Source: Octopus sinensis
Lineage: Eukaryota
Reading direction: 5' to 3'
DNA: 64,000 nt
Assembly (NCBI RefSeq): GCF_006345805.1
Contig: NC_043002.1
Span: forward strand, 14,508,001 to 14,572,000
Position 1 is the stretch's first letter. Every line of letters starts with the position of its first letter. Shown here in pieces: positions 63,986 to 64,000 of the stretch. The position numbers and the translations under genes were made by a program. The notes below the pieces were generated by a model that saw only the letters and a program-made list of their open reading frames with translations, did no database searches and was not told the DNA's origin.

Positions 63986-64000
63986 ATGTATATATATATA

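Overview
AT-rich, microsatellite-laden eukaryotic DNA with one 100-N scaffold gap (30172-30271). No intact protein-coding gene, rRNA, true tRNA or CRISPR array can be supported. The repeat content points to an octopod cephalopod (Octopus sp.): tRNA-derived SINEs of the kind described for octopus, Penelope-type pseudo-LTR pieces and long (TA)n/(CA)n/(TATG)n tracts. That assignment is recognition-based and was not checked by search. The window is a transposon graveyard. It holds about 30 SINE copies or fragments from several families, a Penelope RT/GIY-YIG remnant, two RTE LINE remnants, a Tx1/L1-like Gag/ORF1 pseudogene, a deleted mariner, a Helitron RepHel fragment, a non-autonomous Helitron and several MITE/foldback elements. 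Most ORFs in the supplied track are microsatellite or SINE artefacts. The most interesting signals are: (i) five hammerhead-ribozyme-like motifs in Penelope-type LTR pieces; (ii) a SINE family whose 3' end (AAATAGGT) overlaps its target-site duplications and its own internal GGT site, which could explain its 184/169-bp tandem arrays; (iii) a 5'-inverted (twin-priming-like) RTE insertion; (iv) a 249-bp locally templated insertion flanked by a 22-bp duplication; (v) several long inverted repeats; (vi) weak, phase-compatible candidate small exons of an unidentified host gene.
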